Shown: positions 1 through 9,927, numbered from the stretch's first letter. The stretch: DNA of 51,964 nucleotides from Bacillota bacterium (GCA_023451115.1 JAEXFV010000117.1:1-51964); one strand, 5' to 3'. The notes: a model not told the origin generated them from the letters alone. Made by a program: numbers and translations.

Positions 1-2330
1 ACCAGCCCCTCGTGCTGGGCCACGAAGAAACGGCTGCGCTTTTCTTTGAGAAAGTACACACCCCAATATTCTCCATTGAGATAGAGCACATAAGGCTTAT
101 AGGCCTGATAAAGGAAGTTGACGTCAGAGCCTTCCAATAGCCCGGTGCACAACTCATCCCTGATTTTGGAACGCGGCTGATCCTGGGCGCCTGCTCGCAA
201 CACCAGGGATTTGTACTCCGTGAACGGCCGGTTGTCAAAAAAAGCATAGGACATGCGGTTGTCCCCATACTCGGAGCGGGCAGTGATGTTAAACCCTTTT
301 TGGGCCGCAGCCCGTCCATAGGCGCCGGCAATACGGATGGACACATTTTGGGAAAACACCTGTTTTTTGGTGTCGTCTCCAAATACGGCGAAGTTGGCTT
401 CCCGCTCCCATTTGGCCTGATCCGCTTCGCTGGTTTTGCCCTGATAAAAGTTGGCCGAAAGCAGCGTATCGCCCAAGGGCAGGCTTTGGTCCCCTACGTA
501 GCTGTCCCCAAAGGCGTAGATGCCGGTTTGTCCATCCCATAGATTTTTTTCATCCGTCACCAAAGTAGCGATGGGCAGGGCATGGTTTACCCCATCAGAG
601 GTAAAAAGAAAGGTACCGCTTACCGTATATCCAGTAACATACCCGTCCCGCACGGATACGGCACGAACCACCGTGTTTTCTCCCACCGGGATAGGCCCGC
701 TGTAAACGGTGGAGGAGGTGGTGGGCGTGTCGCAGTTCAGGGTGTAGTAAATGGTTTCTCCCTGGGCGGCTGTCAGCTCTACCTGAATAGGACTCTCATA
801 TATTCCTGGTGTAGTAACAAACACGGGCTGGGAGGTAACGCCTGCTGCGCCGGAGCCATTGGCAGCGCCGGGCGTGGGGGATTCATAATACAGCAGCTGC
901 GCCCCGGTGCGCCCATAACTCATGCCGCTGCGCGCAGGGCCAATACTGAGCTTGTCCACTAAATTCCCTTCTGGATCAAAAAGAAAAACAACGTCTCCGC
1001 TGCTGTTCAAACCAAAGTTGGTTTCCAGATTTTTTTTTTGCAGGTCCCGGACGTTATTGCCGGTAGCCAGCACCACCAGATATTCTCCCGGGCCAATAGA
1101 AGCGCCCTGGGGAAATACCCATTTGGCCGGGTTTTTGGGGTTGTCGGAAAGGGCATAGCCTTCTAAGTCCAGAGCCGATGCACCGGAATGATACAGTTCA
1201 ATCCAGTCCGGGTAGCTGCCGTCAGATTGCATCAGGTAGGATACGTTGGAGACCGTAGCTTCTGAAATGGAAAGATCCCCCAAAGGCAACGCGCTGGTAG
1301 CTTGAAAGGCGGCGAAGCCCTCGTCCGTGTTGGCATAGCCAGGAGTAGGGCGGGTGCTTACTTGGAAATCCCCCGTGCCATCCGGCGTGCGGGCCATGGA
1401 TTGGTCCGCCTCCTGGCGGGTATAAGAGAAGCTATCTAAAATACGCCCCGAAGCATTGGAAAAAACCACATCCTCTGCAAAAGCCCGCAACGAAAAAGAG
1501 GCGTGAAGTGCGTCGTCGATCCACCCATCCTGCCCAGAACAAAAGATGAGCAAATATCCGTTGGCAGGAATGGTTGTCCCTTGGGGAAATTGCCACTTTA
1601 CAGGCTGGGAGATATCATCGGACAGGCCAAATCCGCTGATATCCACGTCGGCAGCCGTACGGTTATATAATTCAATCCAATCGGCATATTCGCCGGAAGC
1701 AGTAGCAATCGTGGTAGCGTTTGAGGCCATAAACTCGTTGATGGAAACGCCTACGTCAACAACATCTGCATTCAATGCGGCACGGTATTCCGCCGCGCCT
1801 TGTTCTGTGTTGGGGTAGCCCGGAGAGGGCTGAGACTGCTCGACCCAATTGCCGCTTTCATCCAACCCCAGGGTGCAGCCGGAGCTTACGCCTTGCAGCG
1901 CCAAGCTATCCACAGGATTGCCTGTGGAGTTGGTAAGAATTAAGTCGTCCGTAGCAGCCAGGCGAAATCCGGCATGAAGAGGGCCGTCTTCTGGGTTACC
2001 GGAACAGAACACCACAACATATCCCTTTGCAGGAATTACTGTACCCGCGGGGAACACCCATTTGGCTGCTGCCAGCTTGTCATCTGTTAACCCAAATCCG
2101 GAAATATCGATTCCAGTATCGGTAGGGTTATACAGTTCTACCCAATCAGGATAATTCCCTTTTTCATCCGGCACTGCGCCTTTATTGGACGTCATTACCT
2201 CGTTAATGCGTACCCCTATTTTAGCGCTGCTACCAACGCCGCTGCTGTCATGAAGGGAAAATACCAAAATCAGCCCTGCTACACACAGCGCTGCAATGAA
2301 GACCAATAATATAAGCCGCCTTGCTCTCAA
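1..2330 (-). CDS. cotH: CotH-family (spore-coat kinase-like) protein with an N-terminal membrane anchor and three lamin-tail (LTD) repeats; the C-terminus runs off the window
   Basis: This gene is absent from the supplied ORF track. My minus-strand translation from TTG at 2330 (AAAGGAG 8 nt upstream) stays open to position 1. The N-terminus is LRARRLILLVFIAALCVAGLILVF. Three LTD-like copies follow (INEVM/INEFM..., YPDWVELYN / YADWIELYN / YPDWIELYH, DISGFGLTDD / DISGFGLSDD / DLEGYALSD, KW.FP). Next comes a YYTLN...TVYSGPI segment, then CotH-like sequence (IRIAGAYGRAAAQKGFNI, KIRDEL, YLNGEYWGVYFLKEK). Confidence 0.8.
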   Translation of the reverse strand, partial: MRARRLILLVFIAALCVAGLILVFSLHDSSGVGSSAKIGVRINEVMTSNKGAVPDEKGNYPDWVELYNPTDTGIDISGFGLTDDKLAAAKWVFPAGTVIPAKGYVVVFCSGNPEDGPLHAGFRLAATDDLILTNSTGNPVDSLALQGVSSGCTLGLDESGNWVEQSQPSPGYPNTEQGAAEYRAALNADVVDVGVSINEFMASNATTIATASGEYADWIELYNRTAADVDISGFGLSDDISQPVKWQFPQGTTIPANGYLLIFCSGQDGWIDDALHASFSLRAFAEDVVFSNASGRILDSFSYTRQEADQSMARTPDGTGDFQVSTRPTPGYANTDEGFAAFQATSALPLGDLSISEATVSNVSYLMQSDGSYPDWIELYHSGASALDLEGYALSDNPKNPAKWVFPQGASIGPGEYLVVLATGNNVRDLQKKNLETNFGLNSSGDVVFLFDPEGNLVDKLSIGPARSGMSYGRTGAQLLYYESPTPGAANGSGAAGVTSQPVFVTTPGIYESPIQVELTAAQGETIYYTLNCDTPTTSSTVYSGPIPVGENTVVRAVSVRDGYVTGYTVSGTFLFTSDGVNHALPIATLVTDEKNLWDGQTGIYAFGDSYVGDQSLPLGDTLLSANFYQGKTSEADQAKWEREANFAVFGDDTKKQVFSQNVSIRIAGAYGRAAAQKGFNITARSEYGDNRMSYAFFDNRPFTEYKSLVLRAGAQDQPRSKIRDELCTGLLEGSDVNFLYQAYKPYVLYLNGEYWGVYFLKEKRSRFFVAQHEGL

Positions 2331-2568
2331 TAGCCTGGCTCCTTTCTATATAGGGGGCATCCCCGAAAATATTGCTAAAACCGCGCACCAGGGAAGAAGC
2401 CCACATACGCAATTCACAGTTTACCACAAAGGGGCTGCCCTGCAAAGGCGAAGCAGGAAAATTCATAAAAACATAACCATTTCTTCCGTTGGCGTGAACA
2501 AGCAGTATTCTAACCCGGGCAAAAACCACATATACTGTTGCAACCATATAACGAGGGGGAACGGCAGC

Positions 2569-4071
2569 ATGGAAGCAATTTGGAATGAACTGACGCTGGA
2601 ACGTGTGGCAGCGAAGACTGTGGCGCAGGCGTTGATGGAAAATGAAATCCCCCTGCCGGCAGGCAGAGAAGCGCAGCGTGTGCTGCATGTGGAAGGCACG
2701 GCTCAAAACCAGAGCGCCCGTTGTGCCAAAGGCAGGGTGGAGGCGGAGGGCACGGTAGACTTGCAAATTCTTTGCTTGCCGCCAGAGGGCGGGGCACCCT
2801 TTGGAATGCGCACCGCAGCAGGTTATCGCCATGATATTCCCATGGAGGGGGTAGAGGAGGGAATGCGTGCTACCGTCACGCCGCAACTCCAGGAGATCCA
2901 ATGCAGGCTGGAAAATGGCAGGCTGCGCCTGTCCGGCGTAGTGGAATTAAGCGCAGTGGTGCAGCAAAGCGACCGGATGCGGGTGCTTTCCGGCGTAAAT
3001 GGGGCGCAAAATTTACAAACCTTGCGAAAAGAGCTGCATGTGGAGCGCGAAATCCCTCTAGGCATGACGACTATGCGCCTGCGGGAGGAAATTCCAGCGG
3101 CAGATGCGGACACTGTGCTGCTGCAAAGCGGGGCGGCTCAGGTGCGAGGCATGGAAATGGCGCAGGAGGGTATGAGCGTGGAGGGAACGCTAAGCGTTAC
3201 CGTGCTATGCGCTGCGCCACAAGGGCAGATGAATCAAATTGTACAGCATATTTCTTTTGAAGAGTTGGTACCTGTGCAGGGAGATCGGGCCCTTTATGAT
3301 ATAGAGGACTTACAGGCGGATATTCGCGTGCGGGATATAACGGTAACCCCCGCGGGGGAAGAAAGCGGCGCGCTGGATGTGGAAGCAGTGTTGGATATTT
3401 ATGCCTATGGCAGGGAACAGGAACAGGTTTCCGCTTTGGCAGATGCTTATTCTCCTGCCGGTGACTTCACCTGTGTGCAACAGCAGGTGGAACGGATGCG
3501 TTCTCTGGGGCGGGTACGTAAAAAGTGCAGTTTCAGGGAAAGCGTGGCAATCCCGGAGGATATGCCGGAAGCCTACCGCTCCGTATACGCTGCAGCGCGT
3601 CCGGTGGTGATCGGCGTTTCGGATGCGGAAGGACGGCTTGGAGTGGATGGGGTGCTGTTTGCCAGCATCATATTCCAGACAGATGAAGGGGAAATCTTTG
3701 GATTTGAGGAAGAAGTGCCCTTCCAGTGCGTTTTGGACGCGCCCTTCCAAGAAGATGCCGCCGCCACCGCCAGGGCTCTCCATGCACAGGTAAGCGGCAG
3801 CGGCAGGATGCTGGATGTAACCTTTACCTTAGAGGTGGAGGCAAACCTTCAAACGCTGGAACAGGATCAGATCGCAGTGGATGCAACAGCTTGTGAACCT
3901 GCCAGGCAACCCCAGGGGATCTTGATTTATCTTGCCAATGAAGGGGAAACGTTCTGGGACGTGGGCAAGCGTTTTGGCCTTACCGTAGATCAAGTAAAGG
4001 ACTGGAATCCCGGTATGCAGGAACCCTTGCAGGAGGGCCAGCAGATGGTGCTTTTGAGCGCGGGAAGATAG
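2569..4071 (+). CDS. DUF3794 (SPOCS-type) repeat protein with a C-terminal LysM domain; spore-coat/cortex-associated type
   Basis: I chose the in-frame ATG at 2569 (GAGGGGGA 8 nt upstream). The track start at 2296 would overlap the divergent cotH start. The C-terminus ILIYLANEGETFWDVGKRFGLTVDQVKDWNPGMQ...GQQMVLL is a LysM fold signature. The body has the repeated V.G.V.L..L-type pattern of DUF3794 proteins. Confidence 0.72.
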   Translation: MEAIWNELTLERVAAKTVAQALMENEIPLPAGREAQRVLHVEGTAQNQSARCAKGRVEAEGTVDLQILCLPPEGGAPFGMRTAAGYRHDIPMEGVEEGMRATVTPQLQEIQCRLENGRLRLSGVVELSAVVQQSDRMRVLSGVNGAQNLQTLRKELHVEREIPLGMTTMRLREEIPAADADTVLLQSGAAQVRGMEMAQEGMSVEGTLSVTVLCAAPQGQMNQIVQHISFEELVPVQGDRALYDIEDLQADIRVRDITVTPAGEESGALDVEAVLDIYAYGREQEQVSALADAYSPAGDFTCVQQQVERMRSLGRVRKKCSFRESVAIPEDMPEAYRSVYAAARPVVIGVSDAEGRLGVDGVLFASIIFQTDEGEIFGFEEEVPFQCVLDAPFQEDAAATARALHAQVSGSGRMLDVTFTLEVEANLQTLEQDQIAVDATACEPARQPQGILIYLANEGETFWDVGKRFGLTVDQVKDWNPGMQEPLQEGQQMVLLSAGR

Positions 4072-4083
4072 AATATTCATAGA

Positions 4084-4116
4084 AAAGGGCCTTCCAGTAA
4101 CAGAAGGCCCTTTTTA
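4084..4116. terminator. Bidirectional intrinsic terminator between the convergent LysM gene and metK
   Basis: AAAGGGCCTTC-cagtaaca-GAAGGCCCTTT forms a perfect 11 bp stem. It is followed by TTTTTAT on the + strand and flanked by an A/T run on the other side. Confidence 0.75.
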
Positions 4117-4140
4117 TATGCTTAAAAACAGGTTTTCTCC

Positions 4141-5325
4141 TCAGCGCAATTTTTCCACAGCAAGCTTTAGGGCCTCCACCCGGTCCGTCTGCTCCCAGGG
4201 GAACGAAGAATTGCCAAAGTGGCCGTAGGCAGCAGTCTGGCGGTAGATTGGCCGGCGCAAGCCCAACATCTGGATAATGGCTTCTGGGCGCAGGTCAAAC
4301 ACGCTGGAAACCGCCTGAGCCAACAGATCATCGTTTACAGCACCGGTGCCCTGGGTATCTACCAGAATGCTTACAGGCTTTGCCACCCCTATGGCGTATG
4401 CAAGCTGAATTTCGCACCGCTGGGCCAAGCCTGCGGCCACAATGTTTTTTGCAACATATCGTGCTGCATAAGCGGCGCTGCGGTCCACCTTAGTAGGATC
4501 CTTTCCGGAAAATGCGCCGCCGCCATGGCGGGCATAGCCGCCGTAAGTGTCTACGATAATCTTGCGCCCGGTGAGGCCGGAATCGCCATGGGGGCCGCCG
4601 ATCACAAACCGCCCGGTGGGGTTTACCAAAAAACGGGTGTTTTCGTCCAGCAATTGTGCAGGGAGGACGGGGAGAATGACTTGGTCTACAATACCTTTTT
4701 CAATTTCCTGCTGCGTCACTTCCGGGTTATGCTGTGAAGAAATCACCACGGTATCCACCCGCACAGGCTTGCCGTTGATATACTCCACTGTAACCTGGGA
4801 CTTACCATCAGGCCGCAAAAAGGGCAGAATGCCTTCTTTTCGCACTTCGCTGAGCCTGCGGGTAAGGGCATGGGCCAGGGAAATGGGCAAGGGCATCAGT
4901 TCTGGGGTTTCATCGCAGGCAAACCCAAACATCATGCCCTGATCCCCGGCTCCAGTCGCCAAAGTATCCTGTATTTCCCCCTTTTTTGCCTCTAAAGACT
5001 TGTCCACACCCAAGGCAATGTCAGGGGATTGGCCGTCCAGCGCCACCAGCACTGCGCAGGTGTTGCCGTCAAAACCATAGTCAGCATTATCATAGCCGAT
5101 GTCTTTTACAACCTGGCGTACCAGGCCGGGAATGTCTACGTAGCAGGACGTAGTCACTTCCCCCATAACCAAAGCCATGCCGGTGGTGCAGGCGCATTCG
5201 CAGGCGACGCGGGCATTTGGATCCTGGGAGAGCATGGCGTCCAGCACTGCATCCGAAAGCTGGTCGCACACTTTATCGGGATGTCCTTCGGTTACGGATT
5301 CAGAGGTAAACAGCATTTTTTTCAT
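4141..5325 (-). CDS. metK: S-adenosylmethionine synthetase
   Basis: 394 aa with hallmark MetK motifs: [69 protein letters not shown]. Confidence 0.97.
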   Translation of the reverse strand: MKKMLFTSESVTEGHPDKVCDQLSDAVLDAMLSQDPNARVACECACTTGMALVMGEVTTSCYVDIPGLVRQVVKDIGYDNADYGFDGNTCAVLVALDGQSPDIALGVDKSLEAKKGEIQDTLATGAGDQGMMFGFACDETPELMPLPISLAHALTRRLSEVRKEGILPFLRPDGKSQVTVEYINGKPVRVDTVVISSQHNPEVTQQEIEKGIVDQVILPVLPAQLLDENTRFLVNPTGRFVIGGPHGDSGLTGRKIIVDTYGGYARHGGGAFSGKDPTKVDRSAAYAARYVAKNIVAAGLAQRCEIQLAYAIGVAKPVSILVDTQGTGAVNDDLLAQAVSSVFDLRPEAIIQMLGLRRPIYRQTAAYGHFGNSSFPWEQTDRVEALKLAVEKLR

Positions 5326-5388
5326 TGGGTATCGCTCCTTCTTGTTTTCCGCAATGCCTTAGGCTCCCCTGTCTCGCCTCCTGGAGGC

Positions 5389-5545
5389 AAAAAAGCGCCC
5401 CGCGGAAGACGAGGCGTTCATTATAGCGGTATCGCTCATCTTCCGGCTATTATTCCTGATAGCCGTGGGAATTAGCACCTTGCGCATCAGCGTAGGTTGC
5501 CGGGTTTCATCGGGCCCGTCCCTCAACCACTCTTGATAAGGCTTA
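5389..5545 (-). promoter_or_regulatory. SAM-I (S-box) riboswitch with intrinsic terminator in the metK leader
   Basis: The minus strand reads CTTATCAAGAGTGGTTGAGGGACGGGCCCGATGAAACCCGGCAACC...AAGGTGCTAATTCC...GAAGATGAGCG, which matches the S-box core. It is followed by CGCCTCG-tcttccg-CGGGGCG and then CTTTTTT (5389-5416). Confidence 0.9.
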
Positions 5546-5564
5546 TGCGGTTATTCTGTGTGGT

Positions 5565-5593
5565 AGTGTATCATGACGGGTCGGCCCGGTCAA
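5565..5593 (-). promoter_or_regulatory. Putative sigma-A promoter of the metK riboswitch leader
   Basis: On the minus strand, TTGACC, a 17 nt spacer and TACACT sit about 20 nt upstream of the S-box 5' end. Confidence 0.4.
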
Positions 5594-5716
5594 GGGATAG
5601 ATTGCAAAAAATGTTGTAATTAGCAGGGATGAAGGCCGGTATAAATTAAGCTTTTCAATTATAATGCCTATCGGTATAATAGGTAAGTCAACAGTTTAAA
5701 CGATGAGGGGGAAGCG

Positions 5717-6496
5717 ATGAAGCGCGTATTAGGCAGCATCCGCAGAGCGGATGAGCGGTGGAACATGATCAAAGATGGGGATACGGTTTGTGTAGGAGTG
5801 TCTGGCGGGAAAGACAGCCTTCTGCTGATGGAGGCATTAAAGCTGTATCAGCGTTTTTCTAAAAACCGGTTTACGCTTCAGGCAGTGATGTTGGATTTGG
5901 GCATTACCCAGGCGGATACTTCAAAAGTTGAGGCGTTCGCAGAAAAAATCGGCGTGCCGCTGGATGTGCGCCGCACGGACATCGGAGACGTTGTATTCAA
6001 CATCCGCCAGGAAAGCCATCCCTGCGCGCTGTGCGCAAAGCTGCGCCGGGGAGCGTTGAACAATGCTGCGGTAGATCACGGATGCAATAAAGTCGCCTTG
6101 GGACACAACCGAGAGGACGTGCTGGAAACCTTTTTGATGAGCCTGCTGTATGAAGGCAGAATCAATACCTTTGCGCCCGTCACGTTTATGAATAGGAAAA
6201 ACGTCACATTAATCCGCCCCTTTGTGTTTTTGCCCGAAAGATATATTTTGCATATCGCAAAAGAGCGTGAGCTACCTATTATGCCGCCTAACTGCGCGGT
6301 GGCAGGCTCCACCAAACGGGAAGAAATGAAACAACTCATTGCCCACCTCTGCACCTTGGTGCCGGATGCCACGGAAAAGATGATCAATGCCATTTCCGGT
6401 ACGGAAAAGTATCAGCTCTGGGATAAGCTTAAGCTGCCACCGGAGGATTTGCAGGTGAGCGCAATCGTTTTGGAAGACACGATGGAAGAGTTGTAA
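5717..6496 (+). CDS. PP-loop ATPase, TtcA-like tRNA 2-thiocytidine biosynthesis family
   Basis: The PP-loop motif VGVSGGKDSLLL is near the N-terminus. CALCAKLRRG and HNREDVLETFLMSL are typical of TtcA-type tRNA thiolases. The RBS is GAGGGGGA. Confidence 0.8.
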   Translation: MKRVLGSIRRADERWNMIKDGDTVCVGVSGGKDSLLLMEALKLYQRFSKNRFTLQAVMLDLGITQADTSKVEAFAEKIGVPLDVRRTDIGDVVFNIRQESHPCALCAKLRRGALNNAAVDHGCNKVALGHNREDVLETFLMSLLYEGRINTFAPVTFMNRKNVTLIRPFVFLPERYILHIAKERELPIMPPNCAVAGSTKREEMKQLIAHLCTLVPDATEKMINAISGTEKYQLWDKLKLPPEDLQVSAIVLEDTMEEL

Positions 6497-6503
6497 AGAC
6501 AAT

Positions 6504-6546
6504 CAAGATGCTTCTCAATGCCAATAGGCATTTGAGAAGCATCTTG
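6504..6546. terminator. Long hairpin between convergent genes (probable terminator)
   Basis: CAAGATGCTTCTCAATGCC-aata-GGCATTTGAGAAGCATCTTG is an almost perfect stem of about 19 bp with one bulge. The U-tracts are weak on both sides. Confidence 0.5.
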
Positions 6547-6606
6547 AAAAACCAATTATTGATCCAATCAAGGCCGGCTTTTTTGAGCAGGCCTTTTGCT
6601 AACAGT

Positions 6607-7455
6607 CTATTGTTTGACAACCGGGATCCACACTTCAAACCGTGCATTTTGGGGATCGGGCGCCAAGTATAGCTCTATATCCGGCCCATCGTCATAGAGG
6701 TATCCGGAAGTGGGCAGCCAATCCGTCACAATGCGCCGCTCCAGCTCTTGGATTGCCTGTGGGCAGGCGCCTTCTCCAGGAAAAACCGCCCAAGTGAAAG
6801 CGGGCACTGTATAAGCCTCCAAGCCCTCCTGAGCAGGTTGGCTGCTGGCCACGGCAATATAATACTTCCAATCTTCCTGATTGCCGCACCCGCATACGCC
6901 CAGTATCCCATGTGGAGGGCCTTCCATCAGCCCTGCCAGCCTGGGAATTGTGCCGTCCATAGCGGCTTTGTTCCATAGCTGTGGGACGGTTTCAAAGTTC
7001 TTTTCCGTTTCCTTGTCCATAGGCTGGGAAATGCCCAGAACACGAAACGCTTCCTTTTTCTCAATTCGATATTCCATTTCTTGCGCTCCCTTGACTGTGA
7101 TTTTGAAGCTGATGGGCGGGTAAGCCTTTAACAGGGTTCCGCTTTTGCGAATGGTGGAAGGCGCAACGCCATGCACGCTTTGAAAGGCCCGGTTAAAGGC
7201 GGTTGGGGAAGCATAGCCGTAACGCAAAGCAACGGTAAGCACCCGTTCACCGTTTTGCAAATCTACTGCTGCCAAAGACATGCGCCTGCGCCGCACATAC
7301 TCGGAATAGGGAAGCCCAGCCAGGTATGTGAACATGCGCTGAAAGTGATAGGCAGAGCAGCAAGTGATCTTAGTTAGTTGGGCTAGATCAATTTCCTCCA
7401 TTAAATGGCTTTCGGTATAACGGATTGCTTCGTTTAGCCGGTCAACCCATTCCAT
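6607..7455 (-). CDS. AraC-family transcriptional regulator with a GyrI-like (Rob/SOUL-type) effector domain
   Basis: I chose the ATG at 7455 (AAGGAG 8 nt upstream). The N-terminal HTH_AraC region reads ITCCSAYHFQRMF...ALRYGYASPTAFNRAFQSVHGVAPS. The C-terminal half (FRVLG...VWIPV) is GyrI-like. Confidence 0.8.
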   Translation of the reverse strand: MEWVDRLNEAIRYTESHLMEEIDLAQLTKITCCSAYHFQRMFTYLAGLPYSEYVRRRRMSLAAVDLQNGERVLTVALRYGYASPTAFNRAFQSVHGVAPSTIRKSGTLLKAYPPISFKITVKGAQEMEYRIEKKEAFRVLGISQPMDKETEKNFETVPQLWNKAAMDGTIPRLAGLMEGPPHGILGVCGCGNQEDWKYYIAVASSQPAQEGLEAYTVPAFTWAVFPGEGACPQAIQELERRIVTDWLPTSGYLYDDGPDIELYLAPDPQNARFEVWIPVVKQ

Positions 7456-7586
7456 AAAACAGCTCCTTATAACAAATTTTATCAGGGCACAGGAGGGTTG
7501 TCCTCTCTTTTGGTGAACGTAATTTGAGAGCATTCAGCCAGCCCTGTCAGAGCAAGAGATCTGCAAAGCGAAAAACTGACTGTGCT

Positions 7587-8297
7587 TTAAGCAATGGAGA
7601 GGGCAATTTCCATCATGGTGGTGAAGGTGGTTTGCCGCTCCAAAGCCGTGCATTCTTCCCCTGTAAAGGGAAGGTCGGAAATGGTGCAAAGGCATAAGGC
7701 GTTTTTGCCTGCCCGGGCAGCGTTCATATAGAGTGCAGCCGCTTCCATCTCCACTGCCAACACGCCCATCTTCACCCAATCTTTGAGAGAGGCCGCGTCA
7801 TCATAAAAACAATCGGAAGAGAACAGGTTGCCAACCATCATGCGGGCGCCTCTGCGCTGCCCTTCTTCTACTGCCGCTTTTAGGAGACCATAGCTGGCGA
7901 TGGGCGCAAAAGTGCCTGGCAGACGGAATTGTGCCCCATAGTTGGAATTGGTGCAGGCTCCCATACCCACCACGATATCCCGGAGCTGTAAAGAAGGATG
8001 GATGCCGCCAGCGGAGCCAATGCGGATGATGTTTTCTACCCCGAACACGTGAAACAGCTCGTAGGAATAGATGCCAATGGAGGGCATACCCATGCCGCTG
8101 GCCATTACGCTTACCCGTTTGCCCTGATACTCGCCCGTGTATCCTTGTATGCCCCTAATGTTATTGATAAGCGTTGCGCCAGTAAGAAATGTTTCCGCGA
8201 TAAATTTGGCCCGCAGCGGGTCGCCCGGCATCAACACGGTTTTTGCAAAATCCTCTTTCCCACAGGCAATGTGAGGGGTCAGGTTTTGTGCGCTCAT
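7587..8297 (-). CDS. deoD: Purine nucleoside phosphorylase, DeoD type
   Basis: 236 aa with TPHI...FAKTVLMPGDPLRAKFIAE, SVMASGMGMPSIGIYSYEL, IRIGSAGG and VEMEAAALY, the canonical hexameric PNP motifs. Confidence 0.93.
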   Translation of the reverse strand: MSAQNLTPHIACGKEDFAKTVLMPGDPLRAKFIAETFLTGATLINNIRGIQGYTGEYQGKRVSVMASGMGMPSIGIYSYELFHVFGVENIIRIGSAGGIHPSLQLRDIVVGMGACTNSNYGAQFRLPGTFAPIASYGLLKAAVEEGQRRGARMMVGNLFSSDCFYDDAASLKDWVKMGVLAVEMEAAALYMNAARAGKNALCLCTISDLPFTGEECTALERQTTFTTMMEIALSIA

Positions 8298-8438
8298 TTG
8301 GTATATCCTCCTTTTGTAATGAAAACTTATGATGCAAACGCGGCCATGGAATAAGTGGGAACCGCTTTACAGCAGAAAGTCCTATGAGCGTATGCACCAT
8401 GTTTGCCTATAGTATAGCATAAAAGGGGGCTATAGCAT

Positions 8439-8975
8439 ATGCTGTTAAAAAGACAGTATAAGGAGGGGGAAGCTGTGGAACTGGGCCATTATGATCGTAA
8501 AGCAGCTGTGGACTATGCACACAAATGGGCCTTTTCTCGCAATCCTGCATTTTTCGATTTTTCGGGCATTGGAGGGGATTGCACCAATTTTGCCTCCCAG
8601 TGCGTGTTTGCAGGCGCGGGGGTTATGAACTATACGCCGGTATTCGGTTGGTTTTATATCAATGCCAACGATCGCACCGCCAGCTGGACGGGCGTAGAGT
8701 ATTTTTATAATTTTATGGTGAACAACAAAGGGCCTGGCCCGGTGATGCGCGAAGTGCCGTTAAAAGAAATTTTGCCCGGAGATGTCATCCAGCTGAACTT
8801 TGGCAATCCTTTTTTTGAACATACGCCGGTAGTAGTAGCGGTGGGAGATAATCCTGCCCCGGATAACATTTTGGTGGCAGCGCATTCGTATGACTCGGAC
8901 AATCGCCCCCTCTCCACCTATCAATATACACAGCTGCGGCCCTTGCACGTAATTGGCGTGTACCGTCCCCAATAA
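8439..8975 (+). CDS. Putative amidase-domain protein (PF12671-like)
   Basis: YDRKAAVDYAHKWAFSRNPAFFDF..GGDCTNFASQCVFAG is the characteristic start of the putative amidase domain. An in-frame GTG at 8475 with AGGAGG 8 nt upstream is an equally good or better start. Confidence 0.68.
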   Translation: MLLKRQYKEGEAVELGHYDRKAAVDYAHKWAFSRNPAFFDFSGIGGDCTNFASQCVFAGAGVMNYTPVFGWFYINANDRTASWTGVEYFYNFMVNNKGPGPVMREVPLKEILPGDVIQLNFGNPFFEHTPVVVAVGDNPAPDNILVAAHSYDSDNRPLSTYQYTQLRPLHVIGVYRPQ

Positions 8976-8987
8976 CAAAATCAAAAC

Positions 8988-9031
8988 GCCTTTTCCGGCG
9001 CTGAAAAACGCCGACGCCGAAAGGCATTTTT
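8988..9031. terminator. Bidirectional terminator between convergent genes
   Basis: GCCTTTT...GAAAGGC is the outer stem, enclosing an inner GGCG/CGCC helix. T-runs flank it on both strands. Confidence 0.5.
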
Positions 9032-9039
9032 ATGCTGTT

Positions 9040-9927
9040 TTAATGGAATAAGCTGATTTGCTGGGCAGGGGCCAACCTTTGGATATAAGCGTTGATCTCT
9101 TCGTGCTGCCACAGCAGGCCGTTGGATTTGCAGGCCGCTTGAAAGGCGGGCCATAAGGCCGGATTAGGCGAGGGACACCAATAATCATCCCCAAAGTGTT
9201 GGATATATCGTTGCTTAAGGCCCGGAAACAGCCGATCCAGCTGGGCATAGTAATAATCCCGCTGTCTGTCTCGCAGGGAAACGGGGAAGCCGGGCTGGGC
9301 ATAAATCCACTTGGCCCCTGCCTGTGCACAGCGGGAAACCAGCGGCAACAGATACTCCAATGTGTCATTGAGAAATGGCAACAAGGGCATAAGCGTAACG
9401 CCGCAAGAAATCCCGCCGCGGCTCAGCTGCTCCATGGCTTGCAGACGGGCCTGGGCAGAAGGGGCGTATGGCTCAATTTTGCTGCACAGCACCGGGTCCA
9501 GCGTAGTAATAGTGAAATTCACTGCAACTGGCGCGGCTGTTGCGATTGCCCGCAGCAACTCCAAATCTCGTACAACCAGATCGGATTTTGTAATGATGAT
9601 TGCTCCAAAGGCATAACGGCTTAGCAGCGCCAAAGCGCCCCGGGTGAGTTGCTCTGCTGCTTCAAAAGGGTTATAAGGGTCGCTCATGGAGCCGGTAAGA
9701 ACCAGGCCTTTGTGCCGCTTTGTTTTTAACTCGCGCTCCAAAATGAGCAAAGCATCCTGCTTTTTCTGCACTTCAGAGAAGACTTCGATACCATAGCAAT
9801 CGCTGCGGCTATCACAATAGATGCAGCCGTGGCAGCAGCCACGATACAAATTCATGGTATAATCCGAGCCAAACCAGCCTCCTGGTTTACGGGCAGATAA
9901 GATTGATTTTGCGGAAATGGTGTTCAT
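9040..9927 (-). CDS. Radical SAM protein, SPL/DNA-photolyase-like (COG1533) family
   Basis: NLYRGCCHGCIYCDSR carries the Cys cluster typical of SplB-like radical SAM enzymes. I chose the ATG at 9927 (AGGGAG 6 nt upstream) rather than the GTG at 9948, which abuts the upstream stop codon. Confidence 0.78.
   Translation of the reverse strand: MNTISAKSILSARKPGGWFGSDYTMNLYRGCCHGCIYCDSRSDCYGIEVFSEVQKKQDALLILERELKTKRHKGLVLTGSMSDPYNPFEAAEQLTRGALALLSRYAFGAIIITKSDLVVRDLELLRAIATAAPVAVNFTITTLDPVLCSKIEPYAPSAQARLQAMEQLSRGGISCGVTLMPLLPFLNDTLEYLLPLVSRCAQAGAKWIYAQPGFPVSLRDRQRDYYYAQLDRLFPGLKQRYIQHFGDDYWCPSPNPALWPAFQAACKSNGLLWQHEEINAYIQRLAPAQQISLFH

Noticed and set aside
2296-2568. N-terminal 91-aa extension of the DUF3794-LysM ORF in the track
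   Set aside because: The extension would overlap the divergent cotH start and its RBS. It has no SD site and no protein-like sequence. The ATG at 2569 has a good GAGGGGGA RBS.
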